32,000 nt of DNA. It comes from Candidatus Atelocyanobacterium thalassa isolate ALOHA. GTDB lineage: Bacteria > Cyanobacteriota > Cyanobacteriia > Cyanobacteriales > Microcystaceae. This document shows, piece by piece, positions 19,347 to 28,961 of the stretch. The notes under the pieces were generated by a model, which saw only the letters and a program-made list of their open reading frames with translations, ran no database searches and was not told where the DNA came from. The position numbers and the translations under genes were made by a program. Position 1 is the stretch's first letter. Each line of letters starts with the position of its first letter. The DNA lies in assembly GCF_000025125.1 (NCBI RefSeq), contig NC_013771.1, forward strand, positions 990,001 to 1,022,000. The letters run 5' to 3'.

Positions 19347-19901
19347 AAGTTATTTTAAAAATATTTCGGGATTCGATGATAAACATAGCACTTTTAAGGT
19401 AATAAAATTACCATTATTCTTATTAAGAATATACAAGTAAAAAGCTGAAACTATAGTGTAACAGGATTAAGAGCATTAAGAAATATTATTTATGTCAAGA
19501 ATTACAACATATTATCAATTTATATTAAGAAGAATAGGCTTTGAATTAATTATTTAATAAAAACAAAATATAAGAAGTTAATTCGAATGGTTTCATAGAT
19601 ACCAACACTAACATTATCTAGAAATACTGTGCTTAGTTATGACTAACATTAGCGCTCGTCATGTTATTTGAAAATTATCATATACCCATAACAGTCTGAA
19701 GATAATAAATTAAGCTTATACAGATCAATTTATTATCTCCATGCTATTAATTAATATTGGCTCATTTTTTATACAAAGCTTTTTCGTTAGAAAAATTTAT
19801 GAATCGTTTTCTAAAATAGTTGCTTTAACTATAATAAAGTATGTTCTACAATAACTAATTAATCGTAGAATTTTTAAATAATTTTTAAGTAATTATCTTT
19901 A

Positions 19902-20546
19902 ATGAGCTCAAACTATAATCAAAGTCTACGACTAATTCCTATATTTTCAGGCATCATAGGAAGCACATTGTTAGTAATTAATCGTTTTACAACAGTACAA
20001 CTAACTGAATCTCAAGCAAGATCTGATGTTGTAGGAATTATTTTAAGTGGAACACTAGTTCTTGTTGGGTTACTTTGGCAACAAATGCAACCAAAGTCAC
20101 CTAATGCTGTTACTTTAATCGGAGAAGAGGGGATTGAATTTAATATTCATTTAGATGAAGAAACTCAGATAGATTTAGCTTGGGCATCTCACTTATTATT
20201 AAATAATACTGTTACTAAATCTGTAATTATTTACTATAAAAACGACATTTTGCTTCGCCGTGGAATTTTAGGTGAAAACAATAAAGTTACTCCGGGTAAG
20301 ATATTAAATAAAGTTCTTCAGGAACAGAAACCAATATATTTAGTTAACCTTGAATTATATCCAGGAAAAATTGAATTTGATTATTTACCAGTGAATACAC
20401 AAGGAATCATCTGCCAACCATTAGGGGGAAATGGTGTGATGGTTCTTGGTACTAATATTGCTCGTAGTTACACGAAACAAGATGAAAACTGGATTGAAGG
20501 CATTGCTGACAAAATAACTCTAACTTTGCAGAAAAAATTAGGTTAA
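19902..20546 (+). CDS. CCB2/CCB4-like protein (cofactor assembly of complex C subunit B family, DUF2930), cytochrome b6f haem ci assembly
   Basis: 214 aa. Two N-terminal TM helices. Conserved-looking strings SQARSDVVGIILSGTLVLVGLLWQ, LAWASHLLLNNT, LLRRGILG, LYPGKIEFDYLP, ICQPLG. Assigned from my memory of the family consensus, so confidence is moderate. Confidence 0.5.
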   Translation: MSSNYNQSLRLIPIFSGIIGSTLLVINRFTTVQLTESQARSDVVGIILSGTLVLVGLLWQQMQPKSPNAVTLIGEEGIEFNIHLDEETQIDLAWASHLLLNNTVTKSVIIYYKNDILLRRGILGENNKVTPGKILNKVLQEQKPIYLVNLELYPGKIEFDYLPVNTQGIICQPLGGNGVMVLGTNIARSYTKQDENWIEGIADKITLTLQKKLG

Positions 20547-20597
20547 CTCTTAAAAGGCAATAATAAAATTTTCACTATAAGTAATCATGCATATGAA

Positions 20598-22427
20598 TTA
20601 TTTATGTCTCATGACTTGCAACTGATACAAATTTCTATATAAGCCTTTTTGTTTTATTAGATTTTCATGATTCCCTGATTGAATTATTTTGCCTTGTTTC
20701 AAAACGAATATTCTATCAACATCTCTAATGGTCGATAGTCTGTGAGCAATAATAAGCCCTGTCCTATCAATTAGTAACTGTTTTAATGCTTGCTGTATTA
20801 AAACTTCAGTTTTTACATCCAAACTAGCTGTTGCCTCATCTAAAACTAAAATATTTGGATTACGAATAGCAATTCTAGCAAAAGCCAATAATTGCTTTTC
20901 TCCCTTGGATAAGTTAGTACCTTTTTCTTTTAGTAGAGTATGGTATCCTTCAGGAAAATTTTCAATCAACTGATCTGTATTAGTTGATTTTGCTGCCTGC
21001 TTAACTTCTTCTAAAGAGTAATATTCTCCTAAAGTAATATTTCTTTTAATATCACCAGCAAATAAAAAATTCTCTTGTAAGACAATTCCTATATATTTTC
21101 TAAGTTCTTCTTTTGGAATGTAACGACTGTCAATTCCATCAATTAAAATTCTTCCATGAGTAGGTTCATACAAACGTGACAAAAGTCTTACTATTGAACT
21201 TTTTCCGGATCCTGTTGGTCCTATTAAGGCTATTTTTTCTCCTGGATAAATTTTAAAATTTAGATTTTTAAGAATGAAATCATTTTTCTTATATCCAAAC
21301 CACACATTGTCAAAAATAATTTCGCCTATTTTATTGTTGTTATTCCTAGTAATTGAAAAATTTATATTTGTTTTACTATCTTTTACTTCTATAGGTTCTT
21401 GCATTATTTCTGCAATGCGTTCAATAGAGGTAAAACCAGACTGAAACGTGGTGAATTTATCAGCAAATTGACGTAGTGGATTAAATAGCCTCTGAGCATA
21501 TAAAATAAATGCAGATAAAGTACCAAAGTTAATACTAGCGTTCATTATACCAATACCTCCTAGCAAGAGAACCGTTGCAATTGCTACCAAGCTTATCCAT
21601 TCTAAAGTTGCCGAAACTGCTGAATCATGGAAGATTGTTTTATTAGTTGCTTGACGGTAATCTTTGTTAATATCTTTAAATAACTTGCTATTAAAGTTCT
21701 TCCTTCGAAAAATTTGAACTACATTAATACCTGAAATGTTTTCTTGTATCATAGAATTCAGTTCAGATAATTTTTCTCTTGATTGATAATTTGCCTTACG
21801 GTATTGTTTTTGAAAATATACTATCAATACTGCCACAGGAACTATCATTAATAAAAGCACTAGAGCCATTTTCATATCTAGCATAAACATAGTAACTACA
21901 ATTGCTAAAATATAAACTGAGTCACTAATAATTCCAATTCCACCACTGGCAAAAATATCTCCTAAGGCTTCTACATCACTAGTTAAACGAGTAATTAAAT
22001 TACCTATTGGGGTTTTGTTGAAAAAGCTACTTTCTAATGAAATAACATGACTATATAGGTCCCCTCTAATATCAGCTGTGATACTTTGTCCTAACTTTTG
22101 AATAATAAATCCTTGAACAGAAGAACAAATCAAACGAATTATTATTGTTACTAATAATAATAACGTCAACAACCTTAAACCTTGCTCCAGAGATAAGATT
22201 TCTATAAAATTCCAAGTTGCTTCTTGGCGTGATAGAGAAATTGCTTGTCCTATAAGGAGAGGTTGTACTGCTCCTGCTATGGACAAAGGTATTAAAAGAG
22301 TTATTGATGATAATAATAATCCAGGATATAAAACAACATAAGGTAATAACTTAAAGATTAGACTACTACCACGTTTCTGTGAACTTATAATAGATTTTTT
22401 GAATCGTAATTTAGAGAAAGAAACCAT
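20598..22427 (-). CDS. ABC transporter, fused permease/ATP-binding protein (type I exporter, MsbA/MdlB-like)
   Basis: 609 aa. Six-TM N-terminal domain. Walker A GPTGSGKSS, signature LSKGEKQLLAFAR, Walker B ILVLDEATASLD, H-loop IIAHRLST. Confidence 0.87.
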   Translation of the reverse strand: MVSFSKLRFKKSIISSQKRGSSLIFKLLPYVVLYPGLLLSSITLLIPLSIAGAVQPLLIGQAISLSRQEATWNFIEILSLEQGLRLLTLLLLVTIIIRLICSSVQGFIIQKLGQSITADIRGDLYSHVISLESSFFNKTPIGNLITRLTSDVEALGDIFASGGIGIISDSVYILAIVVTMFMLDMKMALVLLLMIVPVAVLIVYFQKQYRKANYQSREKLSELNSMIQENISGINVVQIFRRKNFNSKLFKDINKDYRQATNKTIFHDSAVSATLEWISLVAIATVLLLGGIGIMNASINFGTLSAFILYAQRLFNPLRQFADKFTTFQSGFTSIERIAEIMQEPIEVKDSKTNINFSITRNNNNKIGEIIFDNVWFGYKKNDFILKNLNFKIYPGEKIALIGPTGSGKSSIVRLLSRLYEPTHGRILIDGIDSRYIPKEELRKYIGIVLQENFLFAGDIKRNITLGEYYSLEEVKQAAKSTNTDQLIENFPEGYHTLLKEKGTNLSKGEKQLLAFARIAIRNPNILVLDEATASLDVKTEVLIQQALKQLLIDRTGLIIAHRLSTIRDVDRIFVLKQGKIIQSGNHENLIKQKGLYRNLYQLQVMRHK

Positions 22428-22498
22428 ATCTAAACAGTATAAATGTTTATTATCATGATCTAAACTGATTTTTGATAAATATTAGTATCAAAGTCAGT

Positions 22499-23914
22499 CT
22501 ATCTATTTACTGACTTTGGTACTAGTAATTGGTAATTATTAATTTTTTCTAATTGAGCAGCTACACGAATCAGAGTTATTTCATCAGCAGGTTTTCCTAT
22601 TAACTGGACTCCTATTGGCAATCCCTTATTGTCGTATCCCATAGGTAAACTAATAGCAGGTAACCCACTAGCATTGAATGCTGGACAAGGAGATATCCAA
22701 TTAATAATTTTATTTAAAGTTTTTTCAGGTGGTAGAGCAGACCACTCTCCAATCTTTATGGGTTGATGTAAGTAAATAGGTAAAACTAAGATATCAAAAG
22801 TATCAAAGAAACTTACCAATTTACGAGAAAAAACTTGTATTTCATGAACTGCCTGTAAATACTTTCCTGCTGTTACTGTGTGTTGTTGTAACCAAATATT
22901 TAGTGGGCTTAAAATATTTGATGGTAAACCAGCAGCTTCAACCCCTGATTGCCAAATAATCTTAAATGGATCAATTAAAGCCTCTACTGAAGGGCACTTT
23001 TCTTCTACGTGATGTCCCAAAGATTCTAGAAGCAAAGCAGTCTCTCGAACTGTTCTCTTGATAATTAATTCAGTTTCTGGAAAAGGTGGTATGTGATCAG
23101 AAAAAGCGATAACTAAAGGTTCAGTAGTTTGTTTCGTGGCTTCTAAGAAGGAAGTTTCAGGTGTGGGCAACCAATATGGATCACCTTTGGTATAACCTGA
23201 CATTACATCTAATAAAGCTGCGGCATCACTTACTGTACGTGCTATTGGACCATTGCTGGAAATTCCGCTTTGATAATCTCCAACAGGAGCATTAGAAACT
23301 CTTCCTCGAGAAGGTTTTATTCCAACTAGTCCACAGCAACTTGCTGGACCTCGAATTGATCCGCCTCCATCAGAACCTTGAGCGATTGGACACATTCCTG
23401 ACGCAACAGCAGCAGCTGAGCCGCCACTTGATCCTCCTGACGTGTAATCTAAGTTCCAGGGATTACGAGAGGGCAAAAAGCCTGGAGGTTCTGTGTATGG
23501 GAACGAACCTAGTTGAGAGGTTGCTGTTTTTCCTAATATTACAAATCCAGCATGCTTTAAACGTTTAGTAACTTCATCGTCATAAGTAGCAATGTTATTC
23601 TCGAGAGCAGCTACACCATAGGTTAGAGGCATATTTGCTACAGAATTAAGATCTTTTATCCCAATAGGAACTCCAAAAAAAGGAGGAAGATAATCCAACT
23701 TAGATATAGAGCTTAATTTCTTTGTTTTTATCTCAGCATCTCTAAGAGCATCGCTTTTTGCAATAAAAAAAAAGCTTCCTAGTTTTGGATTATATTTTTC
23801 AATTCGTTCTAAAAATAATTTAGTTAAATCTAGAGGTGTAATTTGACGATTTAGAATTAGTTTAGCCAATTCTAAGGCAGGAGTAAAAGCTAAATCAATA
23901 TCAATTGAACTCAT
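22499..23914 (-). CDS. Amidase-signature family amidase (not GatA)
   Basis: 471 aa. Catalytic-Lys context GIKDL. AS signature GGSSGGSAAAVASGMCPIAQGSDGGGSIRGPA. The N- and C-terminal regions do not look like Glu-tRNA(Gln) amidotransferase subunit A. Confidence 0.8.
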   Translation of the reverse strand: MSSIDIDLAFTPALELAKLILNRQITPLDLTKLFLERIEKYNPKLGSFFFIAKSDALRDAEIKTKKLSSISKLDYLPPFFGVPIGIKDLNSVANMPLTYGVAALENNIATYDDEVTKRLKHAGFVILGKTATSQLGSFPYTEPPGFLPSRNPWNLDYTSGGSSGGSAAAVASGMCPIAQGSDGGGSIRGPASCCGLVGIKPSRGRVSNAPVGDYQSGISSNGPIARTVSDAAALLDVMSGYTKGDPYWLPTPETSFLEATKQTTEPLVIAFSDHIPPFPETELIIKRTVRETALLLESLGHHVEEKCPSVEALIDPFKIIWQSGVEAAGLPSNILSPLNIWLQQHTVTAGKYLQAVHEIQVFSRKLVSFFDTFDILVLPIYLHQPIKIGEWSALPPEKTLNKIINWISPCPAFNASGLPAISLPMGYDNKGLPIGVQLIGKPADEITLIRVAAQLEKINNYQLLVPKSVNR

Positions 23915-23927
23915 GTGTAATAGATAC

Positions 23928-23955
23928 TAGATACTTTATAATTATAAAGTATCTA
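23928..23955. promoter_or_regulatory. Perfect 28-nt palindrome with back-to-back TATAAT boxes, 14 nt upstream of the amidase start; candidate operator and divergent -10 elements
   Basis: TAGATACTTTATAATTATAAAGTATCTA is its own reverse complement. TATAAT reads on the + strand at 23937-23942 and on the minus strand at 23946-23941. The outer TAGATAC half-site is tandemly duplicated at 23921-23927. Confidence 0.4.
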
Positions 23956-24150
23956 TTTTAAAACTAGTATTGTAAGTTACTGTATTAATTGCTAATCAAA
24001 TTTTTGCAGATTCCAATTTATTAATAAGAAAAATGCTTTTTGTTTTTAAAATACCTTAATAGCATTTATTAAAATTTAGTAATGGGAAAGTTAATAAACA
24101 TGATCTTGTGTAAAACTATAAAATAAACTAAATTTTATTGTCCTAGATAT

Positions 24151-25275
24151 ATGGCTTCAACCCCTTTTAAAGTTTGTATTACTTTAGGAACTCGTCCAGA
24201 AGCAATAAAGCTTGCTCCCTTGATAAAAAAATTTCAAAGATCGAAAGCGCTTATCACTTATGTCATCTTAACAGGACAACATCAGGAGATGGTAAGACAG
24301 GTTATGAAATTATTTAATATTGAAGCAAACGAAGATTTAAAAATAATGCAACCCGATCAAAGTCTTACTGATATTACATGTCGTAGTTTGAAAGGATTGG
24401 AAGAAATTTTTAAAAAGATCAAGCCTCAATTTGTTATTGTTCAAGGAGATACTACTACTTCTTTCGCAGCTAGTTTAGCAGCTTTTTATCAAAAAATCCC
24501 CGTTGGTCATGTTGAAGCGGGTTTGCGGACAGATAATATCTATAACCCTTATCCAGAAGAAGCAAATCGTCGCTTAATTTCTCAGCTTGCTCAATTACAT
24601 TTTGCGCCAACTCACTTGGCTTTAGAAAATTTAAAAAACTCTAATATTACAGGAGAAATACATCTAACGGGAAATACTGTTGTTGATGCTTTATTAGATG
24701 TTGCTAAGAAATTTCCTGATTGTAATATTGATGGTTTAGACTGGGACAATTATGATGTTCTTTTGGCGACTGTACATCGAAGGGAAAATTGGGGTGATCC
24801 ACTAAAAAACATTATCAAAGGCTTTAGTCTTATTTTAGAAAAATTTCCAAATGTTGCATTATTAATCCCTATGCACCGTAATCCAGTTATCAGAGAACCG
24901 ATTCAAGATCTTCTAGGAAAACATCCCAGAGTTTTTCTAACCGAACCTTTAGACTACACAAAGTTAATAGGTGCTATTCAAAGATGTTATTTATTATTAA
25001 CAGATTCTGGAGGTCTACAAGAAGAAGCGCCAAGTCTTGGTAAACCTTTATTGGTACTAAGAGATACTACAGAACGCCCAGAAGCTGTTGAAGCAGGTAC
25101 TGCTACTTTGGTTGGGACTGACCCCTATAAGATTTTAACAAAAGTTGATGAATTACTTACAAATAAATTAACATATGCGAAAATGGCTAATACGATTAAC
25201 CCTTTCGGAGATGGACAGTCAAGTAATAGAATTTTAGAAATTGTACAAAGTTTCTTACATAGAGAAAGTTTGTAA
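24151..25275 (+). CDS. wecB: UDP-N-acetylglucosamine 2-epimerase (non-hydrolysing)
   Basis: 374 aa. LGTRPEAIKLAPL, VQGDTTT, HVEAGLRT, YPEEANRRL, TDSGGLQEEAPSLGKPLLVLRDTTERPE. Confidence 0.87.
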   Translation: MASTPFKVCITLGTRPEAIKLAPLIKKFQRSKALITYVILTGQHQEMVRQVMKLFNIEANEDLKIMQPDQSLTDITCRSLKGLEEIFKKIKPQFVIVQGDTTTSFAASLAAFYQKIPVGHVEAGLRTDNIYNPYPEEANRRLISQLAQLHFAPTHLALENLKNSNITGEIHLTGNTVVDALLDVAKKFPDCNIDGLDWDNYDVLLATVHRRENWGDPLKNIIKGFSLILEKFPNVALLIPMHRNPVIREPIQDLLGKHPRVFLTEPLDYTKLIGAIQRCYLLLTDSGGLQEEAPSLGKPLLVLRDTTERPEAVEAGTATLVGTDPYKILTKVDELLTNKLTYAKMANTINPFGDGQSSNRILEIVQSFLHRESL

Positions 25276-25332
25276 GAATAATGTCATACCTTCTTTAAAT
25301 TTAGTTTCCCCTTTATTCTTTGGATTTAAATA

Positions 25333-26781
25333 ATGTTAGTAATTTATAATACTTTAACTCGAACAAAAGAACCTTTCATAACTCTTGAGGAAGCGAGAGT
25401 AAAAATGTATTGTTGTGGTATTACCACTTATGATTTCTGTCATTTAGGTCATGCCAGAACCTGTATTATTTGGGATACAGTAAGAAATTATTTAGAATGG
25501 ATTGGCTATGAAGTTAAATATGTTCAAAACTTTACAGATGTAGATGATAAGATACTCAGCCGTGCAATCAAGGAAAAGACAACCATGGAAGAAGTATCAA
25601 ATAAATTTATCAATGCTTATTTTGAGGATATGGAACGTCTTAATGTCAAAAAGGCCAGTGTTTATCCCAGAGTAACGCATATAATTGACGATATTCAAAA
25701 TTTGATTGGAGAATTGGAAAAGAGCGGGCATGCATATCTTTCTGAGGGAGATGTTTATTTTGATATTAAGAGTTATAAAGATTATGGGAAGTTATCAGGA
25801 CGTAAGTTAGAAGATCTAAAAGCAGGTGCTAGCGGTAGAGTTTCCCTAGAAGATTTTCAAAAGAATAAGAAAAGAGATCCTGCTGATTTTGCAGTATGGA
25901 AAAAAGCTAAGCCTACAGAAAAGTCTTGGGATTCTAAGTGGGGAAAAGGCAGACCTGGATGGCATATAGAATGTTCTGCAATGATTAAAAAAGAACTAGG
26001 AGAAACTATTGATCTTCACGTAGGAGGTAGTGATTTGATTTTTCCTCATCATGAGAATGAAATCGCTCAATCAGAAGCAATCACAGGAAAAGAATTGTCT
26101 CGTTACTGGTCACATAATGGAATGGTAAAGGTAGATGGAGAAAAAATGTCAAAATCTTTGGGTAACTTCACCACAATACGAGAACTACTAGATCAATTTG
26201 AGCCTATGGTAGTTAGATTATTTATTTTACAAACACATTATCGCAACCCGTTGGATTTTAGTCATAATTCATTAGTAGCGGCGACCAATAGTTGGCAAAC
26301 TTTGTCGGATGGCCTCTTGTTCGGATATCAGTATGGCGAAAAATTAAATTTTAAAAATAACCCTGCTACAGAACTATTACCTGATTTAGTTAACAGGTTT
26401 AAAAAAGCAATAAATGATGATTTTAACTTTGCTGGTGGATTAGCGGTTTTGTTTGAGATTGCTAAGAACTTGCGTAAAGAAAGTAATGTATTAACTCATA
26501 CAGGAGTTACTACGTTATCATCTAATTTTTTAGAGACACAATGGCATACTTTAAAAAGCCTAGCGAAACTTTTAGGATTAGAGGCTAATCAAACTACTCT
26601 AAAGATAGAATTATTCAAAAAACTAACTGATGAAGAAATTGATGAATTAGTCAAGAAACGTAAAATAGCTAAAAATGCTAAACAATACAAGGAAAGTGAT
26701 CTTATTAGAGATAAATTGAAAGAAAATAATATAACTTTATTAGATATGTCGGACGGGTCAACTGTGTGGCATTATGACTAA
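25333..26781 (+). CDS. cysS: Cysteine--tRNA ligase
   Basis: 482 aa. Class I motifs CHLGHART (HIGH-type) and KMSKSLGN. Zinc/Cys-binding context WHIECSAM and HHENE. Confidence 0.92.
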   Translation: MLVIYNTLTRTKEPFITLEEARVKMYCCGITTYDFCHLGHARTCIIWDTVRNYLEWIGYEVKYVQNFTDVDDKILSRAIKEKTTMEEVSNKFINAYFEDMERLNVKKASVYPRVTHIIDDIQNLIGELEKSGHAYLSEGDVYFDIKSYKDYGKLSGRKLEDLKAGASGRVSLEDFQKNKKRDPADFAVWKKAKPTEKSWDSKWGKGRPGWHIECSAMIKKELGETIDLHVGGSDLIFPHHENEIAQSEAITGKELSRYWSHNGMVKVDGEKMSKSLGNFTTIRELLDQFEPMVVRLFILQTHYRNPLDFSHNSLVAATNSWQTLSDGLLFGYQYGEKLNFKNNPATELLPDLVNRFKKAINDDFNFAGGLAVLFEIAKNLRKESNVLTHTGVTTLSSNFLETQWHTLKSLAKLLGLEANQTTLKIELFKKLTDEEIDELVKKRKIAKNAKQYKESDLIRDKLKENNITLLDMSDGSTVWHYD

Positions 26782-26900
26782 TCTAACAACTGAATATTAA
26801 TTTATTTTTCACTAAATAATCTTTAAATATAAAATGAAACTAAATTTCAATGTATTGTATTAACAACATTAGGCTTGCATCATAGTTAACATAATGAATA

Positions 26901-28208
26901 TTACTCATCTAATAAAGCTTCTACAAATTCATGGCTAGAAAAAGGTTTCAGATCTTTCATGTTTTCACCTACTCCAATAAAGCGAATTGGCAAACCAAAT
27001 TGTTGTGTTATTGCTAGTGCAATTCCACCTTTTGAGCTTCCATCAAGTTTTGTTAGGATTACTCCAGTTAAATGAGCTGCTTCTGAAAAAAGTTCTGTTT
27101 GACGCAATCCATTCTGTCCTAAAGTTGCATCAATAACCAATAAAGATTCAATATGAACATTATTTTTTGCTTTTTTATCAATAACACGCCTAATTTTAGC
27201 TAATTCTTCCATTAAATTTGTTTTATTTTGTAGTCTTCCTGCAGTATCTACAAGTAGTAGATCAACATTGCGGGCTTGGGCTGCCATTAGTCCATCATAA
27301 ACAACAGCAGCTGGATCAGTGTTTTTACCAGAATTAGAAATAATAGGAGTATTTGTTTTCTCTCCCCATATTTTCACCTGCTCAACAGCAGCAGCTCTGA
27401 AAGTATCAGCTGCTGCAATGATACAACTATGTCCACATTGTTGAGCTAAATATGCAAGTTTTCCAATAGTTGTTGTCTTTCCAGCGCCGTTAACGCCTGT
27501 CAATAACCAAATATTTAGAACTTCTTTCTTTACTAAAATTTCTGAATCATATGCTTGTTTTAGAGGAGAATTTAAGATATCACATAAAATAGTTTTTAGA
27601 TATTCAATCGCTTTCTCTGAAGGTAAAGATTCTTCTAAGAGTTTATTCTGTAAAGTTGTAACAATATAATCTGTCGCATTAATTCCTATATCTGCTTGTA
27701 ATAATATAGTTTCTATTTCTAAAATAGCATTTTCGCTCAAAGGTCCTTGACCTAAGACAAGTTTTAATTGATTTAGTAAACCACGACGAGTTTTACTTAA
27801 ACCTTTATGTAGACTTTTTAACCATTGTATTTCATCTTCAGTTATGTCTTCCGGCTTTCTACCTTGATCTGCTAGAATTTTTGCAGACCAAACAAATTCT
27901 TTATCAAATTCTACAGAAATTTCACTATTAGCAGTTGTTAATTCGGTAGCATTCTCTTTAAGAGCCTCCAAGCGATTAGATTTTTGCATCCATGTAGGAG
28001 TATTCGTTGAAGATTCATTTGCAGAGTTAGAAATATTGACAGACGAAGAATTGACAGTTTCTGTAGCGTTTATTTTTGCATCATCTAATTTATCTATTAT
28101 CTTCTCTTCCTGAATATGCTTATAAGCTTTTTGGGCCCAAGATATGTAGTATTCTTGAGATATATTTTTATTTTCAGAATGAGATTGATCATTAGGCCAA
28201 TTGGACAT
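26901..28208 (-). CDS. ftsY: Signal recognition particle receptor FtsY
   Basis: 435 aa. Acidic, low-complexity N-terminal domain. NG domain with GVNGAGKTTTIGKLA, DTFRAAA, DTAGRLQ, TKLDGSSKGG. Confidence 0.92.
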   Translation of the reverse strand: MSNWPNDQSHSENKNISQEYYISWAQKAYKHIQEEKIIDKLDDAKINATETVNSSSVNISNSANESSTNTPTWMQKSNRLEALKENATELTTANSEISVEFDKEFVWSAKILADQGRKPEDITEDEIQWLKSLHKGLSKTRRGLLNQLKLVLGQGPLSENAILEIETILLQADIGINATDYIVTTLQNKLLEESLPSEKAIEYLKTILCDILNSPLKQAYDSEILVKKEVLNIWLLTGVNGAGKTTTIGKLAYLAQQCGHSCIIAAADTFRAAAVEQVKIWGEKTNTPIISNSGKNTDPAAVVYDGLMAAQARNVDLLLVDTAGRLQNKTNLMEELAKIRRVIDKKAKNNVHIESLLVIDATLGQNGLRQTELFSEAAHLTGVILTKLDGSSKGGIALAITQQFGLPIRFIGVGENMKDLKPFSSHEFVEALLDE

Positions 28209-28504
28209 ATTACAAAGATTATATCGGTATTAGTATAGTAACTTATTAATTATATTTAATGATAACTATTAGCAAAACTAAATACTAATTTAGTGATTCC
28301 TCTATTCAGTTTTTTTTATAAAGATATAAAGACAAATGATTTTTATAGTTTATATTTATCAATTTCATAAATGTGAGAGGAAAAAATAATTAATTAAACA
28401 TAATATATCCAAGAAAGTAGTTTATTTTTTAAATGACATATAGTAGTTATATTAAAAAATAAATGGTATTATAAGAGACTGCAGTATTTATCAAACAATT
28501 TTTT

Positions 28505-28774
28505 ATGAGTTTGAACCCTATTCAAAAGCAAACCCTGATGAGCGCATATCAGATTCATGAGACTGATACAGGATCAGCTGATTTACAAGTTGCTATACTT
28601 ACAGAACGAATTGTTCAACTAACTAGCCATTTAAAGAAAAATCCAAAAGATCATGCATCGCGTAGAGGACTACTAAAAATGATTGGTCGTCGTAGACGTT
28701 TATTAGCATATATCAAAGATAAATCTTTCAATCGTTATCAGGACCTAATTAAACGCCTTGGTATTCGACGTTAA
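28505..28774 (+). CDS. rpsO: 30S ribosomal protein S15
   Basis: 89 aa. TGSADLQVAILTERI..LT.HLKKNPKDHASRRGLLKMIGRRRRLLAY is the canonical S15 sequence. Confidence 0.93.
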   Translation: MSLNPIQKQTLMSAYQIHETDTGSADLQVAILTERIVQLTSHLKKNPKDHASRRGLLKMIGRRRRLLAYIKDKSFNRYQDLIKRLGIRR

Positions 28775-28836
28775 TGTATATTCTGCTATTGTTAAAATTT
28801 AGTTGTAAAAATAAATAGTAGTAAAAAAAAGAATTG

Positions 28837-28880
28837 CTTAAAATAGGCTACAAAGATAAATCTTTGTAGCCTATTTTAAG
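28837..28880. terminator. Bidirectional terminator hairpin between convergent rpsO and chlG (20-bp perfect stem, 4-nt loop)
   Basis: CTTAAAATAGGCTACAAAGA-taaa-TCTTTGTAGCCTATTTTAAG. It lies 63 nt after the rpsO stop and 82 nt after the chlG stop. The arms end in A/T runs, which give a U-tract in both orientations. Confidence 0.65.
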
Positions 28881-28961
28881 TAAATATATTTTAAAAACTT
28901 ATAACGTTTTTAATTTTCTTGTTTTGTACTGAATCTACTTAAACAGATATTTAATTTATAG

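Noticed and set aside
23341-23568. 75-aa + strand ORF inside the amidase gene
   Set aside because: It is antisense to the amidase-signature region (GGSSGGSAAAV), so it is a shadow ORF.
22499-23914. The amidase as GatA (Glu/Asp-tRNA amidotransferase subunit A)
   Set aside because: The shared AS signature is family-wide. The N- and C-terminal sequences do not resemble GatA, and gatB/gatC are not nearby. A database search is still needed for certainty.
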